In this document: piece after piece, positions 58,669 through 64,000 of the stretch
How the letters are laid out: every line of letters begins with the position of its first letter
Numbering within the stretch: the first letter of the stretch is position 1
Origin: Longimicrobiales bacterium
GTDB taxonomy: Bacteria > Gemmatimonadota > Gemmatimonadetes > Longimicrobiales > Gaopeijiaceae
Reading direction: 5' to 3'
DNA: 64,000 nucleotides
Assembly: GCA_965202805.1 (NCBI GenBank)
Contig: OZ241869.1
Coordinates: 2,208,001 to 2,272,000, forward strand
Notes under the pieces: generated by a model
Seen by the model: only the letters and a program-made list of their open reading frames with translations
Told to the model about the DNA's origin: nothing
Database searches by the model: none
Program-made: the position numbers and the translations under genes

Positions 58669-60882
58669 ATGACCCGGACCTTCATCGCGCTCCTCCCCGC
58701 CCTGCTCGCCACGGCGTTCCCGGTTTCGGCGGTTCAGGGCGAACTGGAAGAAGTCACCGCGCTCCGCTTCGAGGGGAACGAGGTCTTCTCCGATCGCGCG
58801 CTGAGCGCCTCCATCATGACGCGGCCCACCGAGTGCCGGGGATTGCTGCTCAAGTTCTTCTGCTGGTCGGGAAGCTCTTTTGCCATGGATCAGCGTTTCC
58901 TCGGCCCGCGCGAATTCGAACGCGACGTGGTGCGCCTGCGCCTGTTCTACTACCGGCACGGCTATCGGGAAGCCCTCATCACGCCGACTCTGAACCGCAC
59001 CGGGGAAGGGGTTCAGATCACGTTCCGCATCGAAGAGGGGATGCCCGTACTCATCGACTCCCTGGCGTTCAACGGGCTCGATCCGCCCGCCGACCTGGAT
59101 CTCCTCGACGATCTTCCGGTGCGCATGGGAGAACCGCTCGACCAGATGGCCCTGGGCGCGGCCCGTGATTCCCTTACGATCCGGTTGCGCAACGCCGGCT
59201 ACGCCCACGCCGAAGTCCTTCTCGACATCCTGATCCCGGCTGCCGAGCCGTATCGCGCGCGCGTCAACTTCGACGTCTTCAAGGGGGCGCCGGCACGCTT
59301 CGGGCCCATCTCCATCGAGGGAAACGCAAGGGTGGATCAGGGCGTCATACTGGGCATGATTCCCTTCCGCGAAGGCAGCGCCTACGACGCCGACCTCGTT
59401 TTCGAGGCCCGGCGCAACCTCTACGGCATGGAGGTCTTCAGCAATGTCGCGGTAACGGAGGAGCTGGACGCGCAGCCGGACAGTGTGATCCCGGTCTCCG
59501 TCACGGTCGTCGAGGGCGACATTCACCGATATCGCGCGGGAGCCGGCTGGAGCACCGCCGACTGCGTCAACGCCGAGGCCAGCTGGACCAGCCGGAACTT
59601 CTCCGGGGGCGGACGCCGCCTGCAATTCCTCGGACGGCTGTCGAACATCCTCAACTCCCCGCTCAACTCCACGCTCTGCCGCGATGCCGGTACCGGCCCG
59701 TACGGACGCTACAACTGGTCGCTCTCGGCCCAGTTCTCCCAGCCCCACCTCTTCTCGCTGCGCACCACCTTTGCCGCCAACGTGTTCTGGGAACGACAAA
59801 GTCTGCCCGACCTCTTCGTCCGCCAGAGTCTTGGTGTGGATCTGTCCCTTACCCGGGGCGGCGCGGCGGGACGCTCGCAGACCATCTTCTTCCAGCCAAC
59901 GACCGGGAAGCTGGACGCGGCGGACATCTTCTTCTGCTCCAGCTTCCTGGTGTGCGACCTCGAGGGCATCGGGGTGCTGCAGCGCAGCAACTGGCTGTCG
60001 CCCGTAGGACTCCGCCTCGCGCACGAGGAGGTGGGGCAGGGCTTCGGTCGCGCCATGGGATACTCGCTGGGCGCGGAAATCGAGCACGCCTCACACCTGA
60101 CCGGGTCCGACTTCGCCTACAACCTTGCCGTGGGAGAGGCATCCGGATTCCGCGAATTGCGGGACGGCTGGGTCATGGCCGGGCGGCTGCGCGGGGGATG
60201 GCTTGGCGCCGGAGGATTTGGAGCGCTCGGCCGGGAGGTCAGCTCCGGGATCGCCCATCCGCAGAAGCGGTTCTACGCGGGGGGCGCCACCTCGGTGCGT
60301 GGCTTCGCCCACAATCAACTGGGTCCACGCGTGCTGTTCGTGGGTGTGGAGACGTTGCTCGGTGCCGCAGACGGCGGCGCGGCACCGTGTACTCCGGATC
60401 AGATCATCGACTACAGCTGCGATCCCCGCACCCTCAACGACGACCGCTTCACGTCCAATCCCACGGGGGGAAGCCGGTTGATCGAGGGCAACGTCGAGGT
60501 GCGCTTCCCGCTCAGTTCCGGTGACTGGCAGGGAACCCTGTTTCTGGACTTCGGACAGGTCTGGTCCGGCGGCGGCTCCCAGGAGCCCGCGCGCCTCGAA
60601 TGGGCCCCGGGAATGGGAGTCCGTTACTTCACCGCCATCGGCCCTCTGCGGCTGGACCTGGCGTACCGGCTGAGCGGGGGCGAAGAACAGCGCGTGCTGA
60701 CCTCCGGGATCCGGCCCTATCGGCCCTCCGTCGACCACCCCGAGGAAAGGCTGGCCGCCACACCCGACTTCGTGCGTTCGGGCCGGCTCGAGATCCTTCC
60801 GCACCCGGTGTTGTACGGCGAATCCGCCGATTGGTCGCTGAGCCGGCTTCAGCTCCATCTTTCCCTGGGACAGGTCTTCTGA
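58669..60882 (+). CDS. Omp85 family (TamA/BamA-like) outer-membrane protein
   Basis: POTRA repeats (FEGN, YYRHGY, GYAHA, IEGN), FYAGGATSVRGF, GPLRLD, LGQVF end. Confidence 0.9.
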   Translation: MTRTFIALLPALLATAFPVSAVQGELEEVTALRFEGNEVFSDRALSASIMTRPTECRGLLLKFFCWSGSSFAMDQRFLGPREFERDVVRLRLFYYRHGYREALITPTLNRTGEGVQITFRIEEGMPVLIDSLAFNGLDPPADLDLLDDLPVRMGEPLDQMALGAARDSLTIRLRNAGYAHAEVLLDILIPAAEPYRARVNFDVFKGAPARFGPISIEGNARVDQGVILGMIPFREGSAYDADLVFEARRNLYGMEVFSNVAVTEELDAQPDSVIPVSVTVVEGDIHRYRAGAGWSTADCVNAEASWTSRNFSGGGRRLQFLGRLSNILNSPLNSTLCRDAGTGPYGRYNWSLSAQFSQPHLFSLRTTFAANVFWERQSLPDLFVRQSLGVDLSLTRGGAAGRSQTIFFQPTTGKLDAADIFFCSSFLVCDLEGIGVLQRSNWLSPVGLRLAHEEVGQGFGRAMGYSLGAEIEHASHLTGSDFAYNLAVGEASGFRELRDGWVMAGRLRGGWLGAGGFGALGREVSSGIAHPQKRFYAGGATSVRGFAHNQLGPRVLFVGVETLLGAADGGAAPCTPDQIIDYSCDPRTLNDDRFTSNPTGGSRLIEGNVEVRFPLSSGDWQGTLFLDFGQVWSGGGSQEPARLEWAPGMGVRYFTAIGPLRLDLAYRLSGGEEQRVLTSGIRPYRPSVDHPEERLAATPDFVRSGRLEILPHPVLYGESADWSLSRLQLHLSLGQVF

Positions 60883-63800
60883 TGGCGGCCACGGCGCCCG
60901 CGGGGGAAGCCGGTGTGAAGTCGAGCCTTCCCCCCGGCCGCAGGCGCCGGCTTCTGCTGATCGGGAGCCTTTCGCTGGCCGGGCTCCTGTGCGTGGCGAC
61001 GGCGGCGCTGGTGTACACCCCCCCGGGCCAGCGGATGGTTCTGGAAGAAGTTCTTCGTCGGGCGTCGGCGCGGCTGAGCGCGGAGCTGGCGGTCTCGGGG
61101 ATTCGCTCGGCCGACCTGCTCTCCGGGGTCACCCTTTCCGGCATCACCATCGCGGAGGCAGGGCGGCCCGCCTCGTTCCGCGCGGACTCGATCCGCGCGC
61201 GCTATTCGCTCTGGAGCCTGCTCGGCGGGGAGTTGTCTCTCGCCGGACTGGAGCTGTGGAACCCCGTGTTGACGGTCGAGCGCCGCCCCGGGGAAGAGGA
61301 GTCGAACTGGAGCCGCATCCTTGCGGATCCCCGGGAAGCGGCCACCGCTCTCAACCTCCAGGCCGGATCCGGAGACGGTCTGGTCCTGCGCGACATCTCC
61401 GTGTTCGACGGCGACCTCATCGTGCGGCTGGCCACGGACGCGCCTCCGGGAAGCTCCGGCGTCGTGCCGAATCCGGACGGCGACGGCTTCGTGCGCGAAC
61501 AGCGCTTCAGCCGGATCCACGGGCGCCTGCCGGAGGTGGACCTGCGAGCGGAGCGGTCCACGCTCGACGTGTTCGCGCTCTCGCTGCAGGGGAGCGTGAC
61601 CGAAGAGCCCTTCGAACTGGCCGACTTCCGCGGGCAGGTCCTCGTGGGAGGGAGCGAACTCTACTTCGATGCCGAACGGCTCTGGCTCCCGGAGACAGAA
61701 ATGTCGGGAGCGGGCGCGGTCGCCTGGGACGGGGACCTGCGCATCAACGCGAGCCTGACGGCTCCGGTTGCGGCCCTCGAAGACATCCACTGGCTGGTTC
61801 CGGGACTGCCGCCGGCCCGAGGGGCCCTGGCACTGGGTCTGAATCTGAGGCCGGGGTTCACGTCGCTCGCCCTTCCCTCCCTCGACCTCCGGACGGAGGA
61901 TGGGGGACTCGAGGGTCGCCTCACGCTGACCCTTGCACCGGATTCCATGCTTCTGAACGGCGACCTCGCCCTGCGGGAACTGCGTGTCGCCGCGTTGGAC
62001 CCCTGGCTGACCGTGCCGCTCCCCTGGCGGGGTGCGCTGAGCGGCGGCCTGCGCATGCAGGGGAGGCCCGAGGACCTGCAGATTTCGGGCGAACTCGAGA
62101 CGGTCGCGACCGCCCGGACCGGCGATTCTTCCTGGTTCGAGTTCGAGGGTCGGCTGCACCTCGGGCCGAACCCGGGCGTGACCGGCTTTTCCCTTGCCGC
62201 CGCGCCGTTCCAGTACGGCCTGCTGGGCGAAATGGACGAGCGCGTCGCCATCGGAGGCTCGGGGTCACTGCGCGTCGAGGCCGGGGGACGACTGTCCGAC
62301 GGAATCGGCTTCTCCGCCTCGGCGGTGCACGCGGCTGCGGACCTCCCGCAGTCGGACGTTACCGTCAGCGGCACGGTCGGCCGCAGGGACGAGACAACGT
62401 TCGTGGAGGTGTCCGGTGACCTCCGGCCCCTGTCGTTCACCGCGCTTCGCGGCTCCTTCCCGTCACTGCCCCTGACCGGCGAGGTCACCGGAACCGTGAG
62501 CGCCCGCGGGCCATTTGCCGACCTGGCGGTGGAGGTCGACCTCGAGACCCCGGCGGGGCCCCTGGCGATGAGCACGCGCTTCGATGCACGCGACGTCGGC
62601 CGCAGCTACCAGGCGGAGACCGAGGTTCGCGACTTCCACCTCGCGCGCATCGTGCCCGGGCTTCCCGAACCCACGACCCTCACCGGGAGCGTGTTCGTGG
62701 ACGGTCGCGGGCTCGATCCCGACTCCGTCGCAGCCGATGTACGGGCTCGCATCGCTTCGGCCACGGTGGGGGTGGTCACCGTGGACTCGGCTCGAGCGGC
62801 GTTTCGCCTGGAAGCGGGCGCGGCCACACTGGACACCCTGCACGCCGTCACCAGCCTGGGCATGCTCGACGCATCCGGAGACCTGGGCCTCGCGGGAAGC
62901 CTCTCCCCGGGAGAGGTCCGTGTTGCCCTCGTCAGCGAGTCGCTGGACGGCCTGCGACGCTTCTTCATGACCGGCCCTATCATCGCTGCCGACACGCTGT
63001 CGCGCCTCGAGGCCGAATTGCTGCGCCTCGAGGGAATCGATCCCGACACCCTTCCCCTGTTGAGAGAGATCGAAGTCGGGGGGCGGATCTCTGCCGAAGC
63101 CACCCTGCGCGGCGCGGTAGACCGTTTCGCGGCGGAGGGGGTCGTCGCCATCGAGGGATTTCGCTTTCGGGACAACGCGATCACCCGGGCGGAACTGGAC
63201 CTGCAGGTCGACGGCCTGCCGGGAACCGGGGGGCGGCTCACCGCCTCCATCCTCGCGGACTCCTTCGGCATTGGAGGGCGGGATTTCACCTCCGCGGCCA
63301 TCGACCTGGGCCTTTCCCGCTCCGAGGGCCGCCTGCGCGCCGATCTGCAGCGCTCGGACGAAGAGAGCTACCAGGCGCGCGCCACATATCAGGCGGACTC
63401 GACCGGCGGGGTTCTCCACCTCGACGAGCTCACCGCCCGCTTCGCCGGCGGCCGCTGGAATCTGGGCGGGCCGGCGCGCCTCCTGTGGGATGCCGAGAGG
63501 TTCGTGGTCGACGACTTCAGCTTCACCCGTCCCGGGCTGGGGGGCATGAGGATCGAAGCCGACGGGATCATCCCGCGCGGCCGCGGCCCGGCGGACTTCG
63601 ACCTGGTAGTGCGCAGTCTGCCACTGGAGCGGCTGACCCACGTGGCGCAGCTCACCGACCTGGAGGAAGGCAACCTCCGGGGAGTGGCAAGCCTCGACCT
63701 GCAGGTCTCCCGTACCGGTGGCGACCCCGGAATGGAAGCCTCCTTTCAGGCCGAGGGCCTGGGATACGGCAACGTGGACTTCACCCGGGTTGCGGGCGAA

Positions 63801-64000
63801 CTCGAGTATCAGGACCGCAGGATCACCGGCGAGGTCGAGGCGTGGAGCCAGGAGGCACAGGTCCTGTCCGCCCGGGGCGCCCTGGCCGCGGACCTCGAAC
63901 TTCAGCCGGTGCCCGACCGCTTCCCCGAAGAATCGATGGACATCGACGTTGTCGCGCGGGAGTTCCCGCTTGCGGTCGTGTCGCGCGTGATCCCCGGCCT
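60882..64000 (+). CDS. TamB/AsmA-like large beta-rich protein (runs off the window)
   Basis: TGATG overlap with the Omp85 gene; N-terminal TM then TPPGQR; amphipathic beta pattern; translated by hand, absent from the ORF track. Confidence 0.8.
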   Translation, partial: MAATAPAGEAGVKSSLPPGRRRRLLLIGSLSLAGLLCVATAALVYTPPGQRMVLEEVLRRASARLSAELAVSGIRSADLLSGVTLSGITIAEAGRPASFRADSIRARYSLWSLLGGELSLAGLELWNPVLTVERRPGEEESNWSRILADPREAATALNLQAGSGDGLVLRDISVFDGDLIVRLATDAPPGSSGVVPNPDGDGFVREQRFSRIHGRLPEVDLRAERSTLDVFALSLQGSVTEEPFELADFRGQVLVGGSELYFDAERLWLPETEMSGAGAVAWDGDLRINASLTAPVAALEDIHWLVPGLPPARGALALGLNLRPGFTSLALPSLDLRTEDGGLEGRLTLTLAPDSMLLNGDLALRELRVAALDPWLTVPLPWRGALSGGLRMQGRPEDLQISGELETVATARTGDSSWFEFEGRLHLGPNPGVTGFSLAAAPFQYGLLGEMDERVAIGGSGSLRVEAGGRLSDGIGFSASAVHAAADLPQSDVTVSGTVGRRDETTFVEVSGDLRPLSFTALRGSFPSLPLTGEVTGTVSARGPFADLAVEVDLETPAGPLAMSTRFDARDVGRSYQAETEVRDFHLARIVPGLPEPTTLTGSVFVDGRGLDPDSVAADVRARIASATVGVVTVDSARAAFRLEAGAATLDTLHAVTSLGMLDASGDLGLAGSLSPGEVRVALVSESLDGLRRFFMTGPIIAADTLSRLEAELLRLEGIDPDTLPLLREIEVGGRISAEATLRGAVDRFAAEGVVAIEGFRFRDNAITRAELDLQVDGLPGTGGRLTASILADSFGIGGRDFTSAAIDLGLSRSEGRLRADLQRSDEESYQARATYQADSTGGVLHLDELTARFAGGRWNLGGPARLLWDAERFVVDDFSFTRPGLGGMRIEADGIIPRGRGPADFDLVVRSLPLERLTHVAQLTDLEEGNLRGVASLDLQVSRTGGDPGMEASFQAEGLGYGNVDFTRVAGELEYQDRRITGEVEAWSQEAQVLSARGALAADLELQPVPDRFPEESMDIDVVAREFPLAVVSRVIPG

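Overview
High-GC bacterial chromosomal segment with about 50 tightly packed CDSs. The gene content (SusC/SusD pair in GC-rich DNA, plug-domain proteins, TamA/TamB) suggests a Gemmatimonadota-like diderm; this is inference only. The left ~23 kb is semi-accessory: an uncharacterised CxxCH protein missed by the ORF track, a Tat-signal amidohydrolase, SusC/SusD, a squalene/phytoene-synthase-like gene coupled to a PLP enzyme, a zinc metalloprotease, MATE, a mycobacterial-Sdh1-like succinate dehydrogenase, a family-5 UDG and an oxidoreductase-SelD fusion. The rest is mainly housekeeping: fumC, apgM, an M16 peptidase pair, ECF sigma/anti-sigma, holA, mutS, CBS, ddl, an EF-G paralog, yebC-ruvCAB-queA-tgt-yajC-def-fmt-(tenI/thiE)-thiS-thiG-rsmB, tsaD, lgt and tamAB. 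I found no tRNA, rRNA, CRISPR array, transposase or integrase, and no clearly demonstrable novel system. The best leads are the CxxCH/Tat-amidohydrolase pair, the prenyltransferase-PLP pair, a 1-nt frameshift in queA, an 8-bp duplication at the ruvC start, 10-bp-phased repeats before thiG, and a possible structured RNA between sigma and anti-sigma. Family assignments come from recalled motifs, not database searches.
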